64,000 bases of DNA from contig JBDOIF010000111.1 of the NCBI GenBank assembly GCA_041082215.1, positions 1 to 64,000 on the forward strand, written 5' to 3'. Under the pieces are notes generated by a model, which saw only the letters and a program-made list of their open reading frames with translations, was not told the origin of the DNA and did not search any database. Shown piece after piece: positions 48,556 through 57,421 of this stretch; position 1 is the stretch's first letter, and the number at the start of each line of letters is the position of its first letter. The position numbers were made by a program, and so were the translations under genes. Source of the stretch: Anaerolineae bacterium. Its GTDB lineage: Bacteria; Chloroflexota; Anaerolineae; B4-G1; DUEL01.

Positions 48556-50978
48556 GGCTCCAGTATAAGGGTCCCCTCCGCGGCTGCCTCCACGTCCGCC
48601 CGGTTCCAGAGCATCGGGTGGTACTGGATGTTTCGCCAGGGATCAATCATATCGTCGTAATGGCGGTGGAAGGGATGGCCGGACTGGCCGGTGGTGTGCA
48701 TCGAGACCGAGCGGGTGAAGTCGGCCAGGTCTATGACCTGCCGGTAGGAGGGGACGATCCCCACTCCGTAGGGTTCGTTCAGGCTGTAGCCGGTGTTGTT
48801 GACCGTGGCGATGGTGCCGTCCACCGGGACCGGCCCCCGGTTAAAGATGGCCTCGATCAATGCGATGCCGGATTGGCCCAGGCTCTGGTTCTCAAAAGTG
48901 GCGGTGTGGAGGTCTCCCCAGCGCCAGCGGCCCATATCCGGCCCCAGGGTTTCGGTCAGCTCATCCACCGCTCCCTCCAGCGCTCGCAGGAGGATCTGGT
49001 CGCGGGCCTCCACCTGGGGGGTGGTCCTGTCGTCGAACCAGGGGGAGGTCGGGTCAGCCAGCAGGTTGACCAGCGCGACCTCAGCGGAGCTGCCGGCCCG
49101 CCGGAGGAGCTGATCCCCCAGCTCGTCGCCGAAGGTCTCTTGGATCAGATGGACGCGCAGGGCCTCGAAGAGGGCGGCCCCGGCGCTATCCCGCACTGCC
49201 CGTCCGTCCCACCTCCGCAGCAGGTCCAGCGCCTGAGCCAGACGGGGGTCGTCGGAGGAGAGGGAACGGATGTAGGGGAGGATGTCCTGAGCCCATACGG
49301 GGCTGGAATCCCCCTGGATTGCCTTCATATCCTCCAGCGAGAGGGAGGGGTCTGCCTCGATCAGCTCCACGATCCGTCGGGCGCGGTAGCCGGGGTCCCA
49401 GTCCATTGAGAGGAAGTAGGGGTAGTCTGGCCCCACCACTGCGTTGTTGGCGGTAGCGATGTACCCCTCCGGCGGGTTGAAAGCCCGTGGCAGTTCGTCG
49501 AAGGGGATATACCCCACCCATTCGTACTCGCCGGTCCAGCCAGGCACGGGCATCGAGCCGTCCCCCGCAGCGCGGATGGGGATACGGCCAGGGGACTGGT
49601 AGCCGATGTTCCCCTCCACGTCGGCGTAGACGAAGTTCTGGCTGGGCACGTCCCAATAGGAGAGCGCCTCGCGGAATTCCTCCCAGTTGCTGGCCTTATC
49701 CAGGAGCAGAATGCTTTTCATCAGCATGCCGGGCTGGAGCGCGGTCCAGGAGAGGGCCAGCGGCTGCCAGCCGAAGGACCAGTCCTCCTCTGTGCCGCCG
49801 ACCACGTCGTTGATGATGGGGCCGTGGCGGGTGATGCGGACGAAGAGGACCTCCGGCTCGTCCTGTCCGGCGACGTGGATCTCCTCGCGGACGATCTCCA
49901 TATCCAGCCACTGGCCCTGGTATTCGTACTGGTTGGGGTTTTCGGGGTTGACCCGCTCGATAAAGAGGTCCTGCACGTCCGGCCCCAGGTTGGTGACGCC
50001 CCAGGCGATGTGCTCGTTGTGGCCGATGATGACGCCGGGGGCGCTGGCGAAGGAGGTGCCGACGACGTTGTAGGGGCAGTCGGGGCCGACCGGGTCACAG
50101 TGGAGGCCGATTTCGTACCAGATGGAGGGCATCTGGATGCCGAGATGGGGGTCGTTGGCGAGGAGGGGCATCCCCGTTTCCGTGCGGCTTCCGGCGATGA
50201 CCCAGTTGTTGCTTCCCACCTCTTCCCCTTCGCCCAGGAAGTGGGCCTCGAAGAAGGGGTCAGGTATCGCTTCCAGCGTTGGCTCCGTAATGGGATGGGG
50301 TACGATGACGGGGTACTCTTCCGGATAGGGTGGCACCAGTACATCAACAGCTTCCGCCCCCAGCCGGGCGGCGATATGGGCGCGGAGGATCTCATCCGTC
50401 CGGTTCCCCCCCAGGTCCCATGCCATCACCTTAGCCCAGGTGAGGGTGTTGAGAGGGGTCCAGGGTTCCGGCTCGAACCGGACGCCGGTGAGGCCCAGGA
50501 GGGTGAACTCCAGCCCCAGCCGGCCGCGGTGGGAGGAGATGTAGGCATTGACCCCCTCAGCGTAGGCCTCCAGCGCCTCCCGCACCTCCCCATCCAACTG
50601 CGCCCACTCCTGGGCGGCGGTGCGGTGCCAGCCGACGGTGCGGATGAACCGGTCCTGCTCCAGTGCCGCTTCGCCCAGGACCTCCGACAGCCGCCCGGAG
50701 CCGATCCGTCGCCAGAATTCCATCTGCCAGAACCGATCCTGGGCGTGGACGTACCCCTGGGCGAAGAGGAGGTCATGGGTGTTGGAGGCGTAGATGTGGG
50801 GGATGCCCCAGTTGTCGCGGATCACGGTGACGGGGGCCTGGAGGCCGGGCACCTGAACCCGGCCGTCTATCTGGGGCCAGGCCCGCCGAACGGTAAAGTA
50901 GCCGTAGCCAAAGCCGACCAGGCCGATCAGGAGGACCACAATAAGCAGGAGCAACAGGACCCGCAGCAGCACGCGCAT
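48552..50978 (-). CDS. Penicillin acylase family (Ntn hydrolase), membrane-anchored
   Basis: RDNWGIPHIYA, catalytic GSNNW, ANDPHL, GQSG. Confidence 0.93.
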   Translation of the reverse strand: MRVLLRVLLLLLIVVLLIGLVGFGYGYFTVRRAWPQIDGRVQVPGLQAPVTVIRDNWGIPHIYASNTHDLLFAQGYVHAQDRFWQMEFWRRIGSGRLSEVLGEAALEQDRFIRTVGWHRTAAQEWAQLDGEVREALEAYAEGVNAYISSHRGRLGLEFTLLGLTGVRFEPEPWTPLNTLTWAKVMAWDLGGNRTDEILRAHIAARLGAEAVDVLVPPYPEEYPVIVPHPITEPTLEAIPDPFFEAHFLGEGEEVGSNNWVIAGSRTETGMPLLANDPHLGIQMPSIWYEIGLHCDPVGPDCPYNVVGTSFASAPGVIIGHNEHIAWGVTNLGPDVQDLFIERVNPENPNQYEYQGQWLDMEIVREEIHVAGQDEPEVLFVRITRHGPIINDVVGGTEEDWSFGWQPLALSWTALQPGMLMKSILLLDKASNWEEFREALSYWDVPSQNFVYADVEGNIGYQSPGRIPIRAAGDGSMPVPGWTGEYEWVGYIPFDELPRAFNPPEGYIATANNAVVGPDYPYFLSMDWDPGYRARRIVELIEADPSLSLEDMKAIQGDSSPVWAQDILPYIRSLSSDDPRLAQALDLLRRWDGRAVRDSAGAALFEALRVHLIQETFGDELGDQLLRRAGSSAEVALVNLLADPTSPWFDDRTTPQVEARDQILLRALEGAVDELTETLGPDMGRWRWGDLHTATFENQSLGQSGIALIEAIFNRGPVPVDGTIATVNNTGYSLNEPYGVGIVPSYRQVIDLADFTRSVSMHTTGQSGHPFHRHYDDMIDPWRNIQYHPMLWNRADVEAAAEGTLILEP

Positions 50979-51246
50979 CTCTCCCTCCTTTCGTCGAGTC
51001 AGAAGCGGTTGCACAATCTGTTGGGATTATATCGGTTAGCGCATAGGAGTCAAGCCGCGCCATCTGCTACGTAGACAACTCTGCAGGAGTTGTCCTGCTC
51101 AAAATTGTGTTATAATGGCGGGTGGTACGCACCTGCGCCCTGACAGCATCGAAATCCGCAATGCGGGTTGGAGTCTATATCCTCAGCGCGTAAGATCGGG
51201 TCCGGCGGCTGTTGTATCAACCCCGAATGGAGCAGGAGATGTAGAA

Positions 51247-52017
51247 ATGCGCACACCCTTTATCGCAGGCAACTGGAAGATGCATAAGACCATCGAGGAA
51301 GCGGTCGCGCTGGTGACAGAGCTGCGGGAGCTGTTGGCGGGGGTGGAGGGGATCGAGGTGGCAGTCTGCCCCCCTTTCCCCGCCCTGGAAGCCGTCCGCA
51401 GGGCGCTGGGAGGCTCCCTTATCCGCCTCGGCGCGCAGAACATGCACTGGGAGGAGGCGGGGGCCTTCACTGGCGAGGTATCCCCCCGCATGCTGAAGGG
51501 CCTCTGCGACTGTGTGATCATCGGCCACTCGGAGCGGCGGACGCTCTTTGGGGAGACCGACTGGATGGTTAACCGGAAGCTCCACGCTGCGCTGGCCCAC
51601 GGGCTGACCCCTGTTGTCTGTGTGGGGGAGAATCTGGAGCAGAACCGGGCCGGGCAGACGGAGGCGGTCGTCGGCGCGCAGGTGCGGGCCGCTTTCGACG
51701 GGCTCCCGGCTGAGCAGGCCCGTGTCGTCGTGGTGGCCTACGAGCCGATCTGGGCCATCGGCACCGGCATCCCTGCCTACGGGCCAGACGCGGCCCGCAT
51801 TATCGGGGAGGTGGTGCGCGGCACTCTTGCTGGCCTTTACGGCGACGAGGTGGCCCAGGCGATCCGCATCCAGTACGGTGGCTCCGTCACCCCGGCCAAC
51901 ATCGCCGAGTTCATGCGGGAGCCGGAAATTGACGGCGCGCTGGTGGGCGGGGCCAGCCTCCGCGCCGGCGATTTCGCCGCCATCGTGCGGGAGGGGCTAA
52001 GGGCCTCCCGTGGATGA
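51247..52017 (+). CDS. tpiA: Triosephosphate isomerase
   Basis: AGNWKM, GHSERR, AYEPIWAIGTG, YGGSV. Confidence 0.98.
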   Translation: MRTPFIAGNWKMHKTIEEAVALVTELRELLAGVEGIEVAVCPPFPALEAVRRALGGSLIRLGAQNMHWEEAGAFTGEVSPRMLKGLCDCVIIGHSERRTLFGETDWMVNRKLHAALAHGLTPVVCVGENLEQNRAGQTEAVVGAQVRAAFDGLPAEQARVVVVAYEPIWAIGTGIPAYGPDAARIIGEVVRGTLAGLYGDEVAQAIRIQYGGSVTPANIAEFMREPEIDGALVGGASLRAGDFAAIVREGLRASRG

Positions 52018-52058
52018 TACGTAATACGCAATACGCGTCATACGTCATACGTCATACG
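52016..52058. repeat. 7-mer tandem ladder (ATACGYN)
   Basis: atacgta atacgca atacgc gtc atacgtc atacgtc atacgg after the tpiA stop. Confidence 0.7.
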
Positions 52059-52060
52059 GA

Positions 52061-52816
52061 ATGGACTGGAGCCCTTTCCTCTGGTTCGCCGCCGCGCTGA
52101 TTCCCCTGCTCCTTCTGGAGCGGTGGGTCCACCGACACCTCCAGGGGGTCGCTCTGCTCCTGGCAGGGGACTCCGAAGTGGCGGTCTGGCTGTATGCGTT
52201 GCCCCTGCTCCCGGGCGTGGCCCTGCATGAGGCAAGCCATGCTCTGGCGGCCTGGCTGGCGGGGGCGCGGGTGGGCCGCATTTCCATCTTTCCGGCCCGG
52301 CGGGGAGAGCGCATCCAACTGGGCTTCGTGCCCGTCGAGGCGACAGGGCCGCTGCGGACGGCTCTCATCGGCCTGGCCCCCCTGGTGGCCGGCTGCCTGG
52401 CGCTTCTCCTGATCGGCCACCTGGGGTTAGGGCTGGGACCGGTGGGGGCGGCTCTGGCGAAAAGGGATTGGCCGGGCGCTTTGGGAGGACTGGTGCAGGT
52501 GGCCCATACGCGCGATGCGGCGCTGTGGATCTACCTGGCCTTTGCCGTCAGCAACACGATGCTCCCCAGCCGCTCCGACATGCGGGCCTGGCCGGTGATC
52601 CTGCTCTTCCTGCTGGTCGCAGCGGGAGGGGTAGCTCTCCTTGGGCTGGGGCCGACGCTGGCCCAGCCTCTGGCTGCGGCGCTGCGCTGGCTGGCCGTCG
52701 CCTGCATGCTGGTCCTGTTGTTAGACCTCCCCTTCGCCCTCCTGATCTGGGTCGCCGAGCGGGTGCTGGAGCGGGTGAAGGGGGTGCGGGTTGAATACAG
52801 GTGTAGGACAAGCTGA
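52061..52816 (+). CDS. Membrane protein with HExxH motif (peptidase M50-like)
   Basis: PGVALHEASH, LGFV and IGLAP within TM segments. Confidence 0.6.
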   Translation: MDWSPFLWFAAALIPLLLLERWVHRHLQGVALLLAGDSEVAVWLYALPLLPGVALHEASHALAAWLAGARVGRISIFPARRGERIQLGFVPVEATGPLRTALIGLAPLVAGCLALLLIGHLGLGLGPVGAALAKRDWPGALGGLVQVAHTRDAALWIYLAFAVSNTMLPSRSDMRAWPVILLFLLVAAGGVALLGLGPTLAQPLAAALRWLAVACMLVLLLDLPFALLIWVAERVLERVKGVRVEYRCRTS

Positions 52817-52829
52817 AGCTTGTCCTGCA
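52802..52829. repeat. GTAG-type palindrome overlapping gene end
   Basis: TGTAGGACAAGCTGAAGCTTGTCCTGCA; the TGA stop of the upstream ORF lies at the loop. Confidence 0.65.
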
Positions 52830-52855
52830 GCCACGAACTCAAGCTGGAGGGCAGG

Positions 52856-53323
52856 ATGGAGCAACGACGCGGATTGTACTTTGAGGAGATCGGGATCGGC
52901 GATGGGGCGGAAAGCCCGGCCCGCACCATCACCGAGGCGGACGTGGTGGCCTTCGCCGGCCTCTCCGGCGACTATAACCCTCTCCACACCGATGCCGAGT
53001 ATGCCAGAGGGACGATCTTTGGACAGCGGGTGGCCCACGGGCTGCTGGGGCTTTCCGTCGCCAGCGGACTGGCCTGGCGGACCGGCCTGATGGAGGGGAC
53101 GGCGGAGGCTCTGATCAGTGTGGAGTGGAAATTCCGCGCCCCGGTCTATATCGGCGATACGATCCGGCTCCGGGTAGAGGCCATCGCTAAGAAGGAGATG
53201 CCCCGCCTGGGGGGCGGCTTCGTCACCTTCTCCGCTATCCTCCTCAACCAGCGGGGGGAGACGGTGCAGAAAGGGACCTGGACGCTCCTGGTCCGTTCCC
53301 GGCCCGGCGAGGAGGGGGCATAG
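52856..53323 (+). CDS. MaoC-family dehydratase
   Basis: FAGLSGDYNPLH, AHG, F.APV..GD. Confidence 0.9.
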   Translation: MEQRRGLYFEEIGIGDGAESPARTITEADVVAFAGLSGDYNPLHTDAEYARGTIFGQRVAHGLLGLSVASGLAWRTGLMEGTAEALISVEWKFRAPVYIGDTIRLRVEAIAKKEMPRLGGGFVTFSAILLNQRGETVQKGTWTLLVRSRPGEEGA

Positions 53324-53327
53324 AGGG

Positions 53328-54314
53328 ATGGGCTTTCCCGAACTTCCTCCTTACCTCCACCTGATCTCCGTACCAACCCCCTTCCCCGTGGGACCGGTCA
53401 ACCTGTATCTGGCAGAGGGGGAGCCACTCACCCTGATTGACACGGGGCCCCGCTTTGGCCCTGCCCGCCAGGCGCTGGAGGAGGGGTTGAGGGCGCTGGG
53501 CTTCTGTCCGGGCGACCTGGGGCGGATCCTCCTCACCCACGTCCATAGCGACCACAGCGGACTGGCGGCGGAGCTGGTGAGGGAGAGCGACGCGGAGTTG
53601 CTTGCCCATCCCATTGACTTTCCCCAACTGGCGGACTATGCTGGAGAGCGGGAACGGCGGCTGGCCTTCTATGAGGAATTGATGCGGGAGGCCGACGTGC
53701 CTCCGGAGATGATTGCCCAGATCAGCCAGGCCCGACGGGGGTACGGCCGGTTCAGCGAGCCGGTCCGGCCCGACGGCCCCCTGGAAGAAGGGATGACGGT
53801 CCGGCTGGGGGGTGAGGACTGGCGGGTGCTCCATACCCCCGGCCACGCTGGCGGCCTGATCTGCCTTTACCAGCGCGGGCGTCGGCTGCTGCTCTCCAGC
53901 GACCACCTCCTGCGGGATGTCTCCTCCAACCCCATCGTGGAGCCGCCCTCGCGGGAAGGGGAGGCGCGCCCGCGCCGGCTGCTGGATTACCTGACCCAGT
54001 TGCAGCGGGTGGCAGGGCTACCGGTGGAGGTGGCCTTCCCGGGCCACGGTCCCCCCATCACCGACGTCCCGGGGCTGGTGGACAGCCGTCTGGCGTTCCA
54101 CCAGGAGCGGGCCCGGCAGATCCTGGACATTCTGAAAGGGGGAAAGCGATCGGTCTATGAACTCAGCCTGACGCTCTTTCCCGCTCTGGACCCGACCAAC
54201 CGTTTCCTGGCCGTCTCTGAGATCATCGGCCACCTGGACTGGCTTGAGGAGCAGGGAAGGGTGAGGGGCATCAGAGCGGGCCGCCTCCTGTTGTGGGAGG
54301 CTGTGCCGGGCTGA
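53328..54314 (+). CDS. MBL-fold metallo-hydrolase with C-terminal winged helix
   Basis: THVHSDHSG, TPGH, SD, PGHG. Confidence 0.9.
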   Translation: MGFPELPPYLHLISVPTPFPVGPVNLYLAEGEPLTLIDTGPRFGPARQALEEGLRALGFCPGDLGRILLTHVHSDHSGLAAELVRESDAELLAHPIDFPQLADYAGERERRLAFYEELMREADVPPEMIAQISQARRGYGRFSEPVRPDGPLEEGMTVRLGGEDWRVLHTPGHAGGLICLYQRGRRLLLSSDHLLRDVSSNPIVEPPSREGEARPRRLLDYLTQLQRVAGLPVEVAFPGHGPPITDVPGLVDSRLAFHQERARQILDILKGGKRSVYELSLTLFPALDPTNRFLAVSEIIGHLDWLEEQGRVRGIRAGRLLLWEAVPG

Positions 54315-54325
54315 GGAACCGCTTC

Positions 54326-54368
54326 TGTAGGACAGGCTTTCCAGCCTGTCCGATGGCCTGGAAAGGCC
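54326..54368. repeat. GTAG-type REP plus partial inverted copy
   Basis: TGTAGGACAGGCTTTCCAGCCTGTCC..GGCCTGGAAAGGCC. Confidence 0.65.
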
Positions 54369-54436
54369 ACCCCCATATGGGGGACTTTTGCGGAAGCTCC
54401 GTTGGAGTCCCCGCGTTTGGGGAGCCACCCAACCCC

Positions 54437-57286
54437 TCAATCTCCAGGGGTGTTCACCCGTTCAGGCGCCGCTGTGGCCGTCGTTGTGATGGTTGGCGTT
54501 GCCGTCGGCGTAACAGTGGGCGTGATCGTTGCGGTGGGGGTCAGAGTGGGCGTGCTGGTGGGGGTCGGCGTGTCGGTCGGTGTTGGGGTGCTGGTCGGAG
54601 TGGGCGTGGGTGTCCAGGTCGGTGTGGCGGTGGGCGGCGGCGGTGTGTAGGTGTGAGTCGGCATCGCCGTCGGGGTGGGCCGCACGGTGGTGGGCGTGGG
54701 ATATGGCGTCCAGGTAGAGGTCAGCTGAGGGGTGGGGGAAGGCACAGGGGTCCAGGTTGGCACTCGCGTCGGCCTGACCTGTTCCCGGGTCGGGGTAGGC
54801 CACGGCGTCAACGTGTGGGTGGGCATAATGACCAGAGTGGGCTCGATCCGGACTGTCGGCGTGGATTCTGGCAGCCGGGTCAGCTCAGGCGGGCGGAACG
54901 ACTCCAGGGGGGGCCACGGCAGCGACGTGGGGATGGAGACCAGCTGCACGGGGCCTGGGGGCTGTTCGGGCCGGATGACGGTCCCCTGGCCGGCCAGAAG
55001 GGATACGGTCATCTGCTGAGCGGTCACGTCCACTTTCCCTTCCAGCACGGAAACGTTGGTGGTGCCGTCCCCTTCCACAGCCACAACAAACTGGGTTCCC
55101 CGCACCATCATCATCGCCGCCGGGGATTCTACCTGGAAACTGGAGGCCTGGTCCGGCAGGCGCTGCACCTGGCTGTAGGTGCGACCCAGCCACTGATTGA
55201 GGATGATCATCCGCCCCCTCCCGTCCTGGCGGGAGCTGAGCTGGACAAGCGTGACCCTCGTATCTTCCCACATAAAGGTCACGCTGCCATCGAAGAAGAC
55301 GAGCGTGGCAAGGGAAGAGGGGCCTGTACGGATCCGGTCGCCCGGCTTCAACACCTGGCCTGCCGACGCCTCCTGCCAGATATTGCTGTCGGCGGGGAGG
55401 ACCTCGACCACCCCGTCCACCCGATCCAGGACGGCTGTCTGAGTGATGTTGAAGGAAGCTTCGTTGAGGAGGGAAAGCCCGCCGACGGCAAGCAGGACAA
55501 GGGCGAGCGCCGTCGCCAGGGCCAGCGGCAGGCCCGCAGGCCTGAGGATCGAGGGCCTGGGTAGTCCTTTGAGGTAAGTATCCGCCTCTTCCATCCAGCG
55601 GTGGAACGGGAAGGTGGAGAGCTTCTGAGCGGGCTTCCTCCCGGCCAGCGTGCGGAGCATTTCCTGTTTTCCACTGGTGAAGGCCGCCGGGCTGGAGGTG
55701 ATCTGGGGCACGTGGCGGATCTCGAGGGCCACGGTCAGCAGGGGGTAGAGGTCGTCGGCGTATTCGGGGTGGCGGGCCAGGCTTTCCTCCAGCGAGACCT
55801 CTCCCCGTTCCAGAAGGGTCAGGCAGTCTCCCAGCGCCTCACCCAGCCCCCGTCGCCATTGCTGGACCTGATCGTGGTTCCAGAGGGGGGAAGGGTATCC
55901 GGGAGAGCGGATGGGCAGCTTGACGGTAAAGGTGCTCCCCTTGCCCAGGCCCTCGCTGAAGACCTGCACCTGCCCGCCGTGGGCCTCGACGACTGCCCGG
56001 ACGATGGTCAGCCCCAGCCCGATCCCGCCGAAGCGGCGGGTGGTGGAGCCGTCCACCTGGTAGAAACGGTCGAAGATCCGCGCCATATGTTCGGGGTCCA
56101 GCCCGATGCCCTGATCCTCGACCGCCACATATACCCATCGGCCTTCGGTCCAGGCCCGCACGCGGACCTGTCCCCCATCGGAGCTGAACTTGATCGCGTT
56201 GTCCAGGAGGTGGAAGAAGGCCAGCTCCAGATACTCCCGGTCGCCCAGGATCAACGGGAGGTCCTCGGCGACCGCGATCTCCAGCTGGACGCCCGCCTGC
56301 TGGGCTGCGCGGCGGTGGTCTGCCTCTACATGCTCCACGATCTCGCGCAGGGAGAGAGGGACCATCGCCATCATCCCCTGCGGGACGGTCTTCAGGACGG
56401 TGAGGTCGCGGATCAGCCGGGAGAGGGCAGCCGTTCGCTCGTGGATAATCTCCAGAGCGTCCCGCTGCATGGGGGGAACCGGCCCCATTGCGCCGGAGAG
56501 GAGCAACTCTGTATAGCCGTGGATGAGGGAGAGGGGGGTGCGCAGCTCGTGGGTCAGGTTCTGCACCAGCTCGGTCTGCAACTGCTCCAGGTCCTCTTCC
56601 TCTTCGTTCTGAGGGGGAGTTCTGGGAGCATGGGCTGCCTCCCACCAGCCGATCCCCGCCGCCAGCGCGGGCAGGGCCTGCTGAGTGAGCCTCTCTACTT
56701 CCTCCATAGGCTTGCCCAGGGCCTGGGCCACGCTCTTCCGGTCCATCCCCTCCACGAACTGGAGCAGCACCAGATCGCGCTGCTCCTCCGGAAGGGCGGC
56801 CAGGACGGCAGCCAGCCCCTGAGGGGTCAGGCGGCCCCGGAGCGACGGCCCGGGACCGGCCATGGCAGCAGGAGGCGGTTTGAGAAGAGGAAGGGACGAG
56901 GGGAGAGAGGACCCTTTCCGGAAATCAGCGATCCGCTCACAGGCGATCGAATACAGGAGGGCCAGCAGCGGCTGGCCCTCCGGAGCGATGCGATCGGCCT
57001 GTTCTGCGAGGGTTGCAAAAACGTCTCCTGTCAGCCCCTCAGCGGTGGCGGCATCACCTACCTGATAGTAGATGAACCGATACACCGCTGGCTGATATCG
57101 ATCGTAAATCTCAGCAAAGGCAGAGGGGTCTCTCTCCCTCGCCCGCTGGATCAGCCTCATTTCCCCTTCGGGCATTTCTTTGACTCTATGCAGAATCGGG
57201 ACGGTGGAGCCATGAGCAGCGGTGCGGGCAGATTGAGGGTTGGTATCGGATTTCCAGTGGGAAAGGGGGATGAAGAAAGGGCTCAT
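54437..57286 (-). CDS. Fusion: ECF sigma-like + histidine kinase + anti-sigma-like + TM + FecR + Pro/Thr stalk
   Basis: sigma2 AFAEIYDRYQ..VYRF; sigma4 LPEEQRDLVLL..EG; H-box THELRTPL; N/G1/F/G2 boxes; FecR GDRIRTG..VRGTQF..VSVLEG.V; PT repeats. Confidence 0.85.
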   Translation of the reverse strand: MSPFFIPLSHWKSDTNPQSARTAAHGSTVPILHRVKEMPEGEMRLIQRARERDPSAFAEIYDRYQPAVYRFIYYQVGDAATAEGLTGDVFATLAEQADRIAPEGQPLLALLYSIACERIADFRKGSSLPSSLPLLKPPPAAMAGPGPSLRGRLTPQGLAAVLAALPEEQRDLVLLQFVEGMDRKSVAQALGKPMEEVERLTQQALPALAAGIGWWEAAHAPRTPPQNEEEEDLEQLQTELVQNLTHELRTPLSLIHGYTELLLSGAMGPVPPMQRDALEIIHERTAALSRLIRDLTVLKTVPQGMMAMVPLSLREIVEHVEADHRRAAQQAGVQLEIAVAEDLPLILGDREYLELAFFHLLDNAIKFSSDGGQVRVRAWTEGRWVYVAVEDQGIGLDPEHMARIFDRFYQVDGSTTRRFGGIGLGLTIVRAVVEAHGGQVQVFSEGLGKGSTFTVKLPIRSPGYPSPLWNHDQVQQWRRGLGEALGDCLTLLERGEVSLEESLARHPEYADDLYPLLTVALEIRHVPQITSSPAAFTSGKQEMLRTLAGRKPAQKLSTFPFHRWMEEADTYLKGLPRPSILRPAGLPLALATALALVLLAVGGLSLLNEASFNITQTAVLDRVDGVVEVLPADSNIWQEASAGQVLKPGDRIRTGPSSLATLVFFDGSVTFMWEDTRVTLVQLSSRQDGRGRMIILNQWLGRTYSQVQRLPDQASSFQVESPAAMMMVRGTQFVVAVEGDGTTNVSVLEGKVDVTAQQMTVSLLAGQGTVIRPEQPPGPVQLVSIPTSLPWPPLESFRPPELTRLPESTPTVRIEPTLVIMPTHTLTPWPTPTREQVRPTRVPTWTPVPSPTPQLTSTWTPYPTPTTVRPTPTAMPTHTYTPPPPTATPTWTPTPTPTSTPTPTDTPTPTSTPTLTPTATITPTVTPTATPTITTTATAAPERVNTPGD

Positions 57287-57421
57287 ATCTTCCCGCTATA
57301 CTTTATAAAAAATTGGTGAATATCGGGTGAAGAAACCTTTAGAGAATTCCGAACTTGTTCCTGCCAGGCGGGCAGAGTATAATGATTTAACCGGCTATCG
57401 GGCAGTTCTTTAGGAGGGGGA

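Noticed and set aside
54440..54900. Repetitive DNA as a non-coding repeat (also 35680-35820 and 30785-30840)
   Set aside because: It encodes ordinary Pro/Thr linkers of surface proteins.
55601..57319. 572-aa plus-strand ORF and similar long antisense ORFs throughout the window
   Set aside because: Shadow frames typical of high-GC DNA, opposite well-supported genes and lacking motifs.
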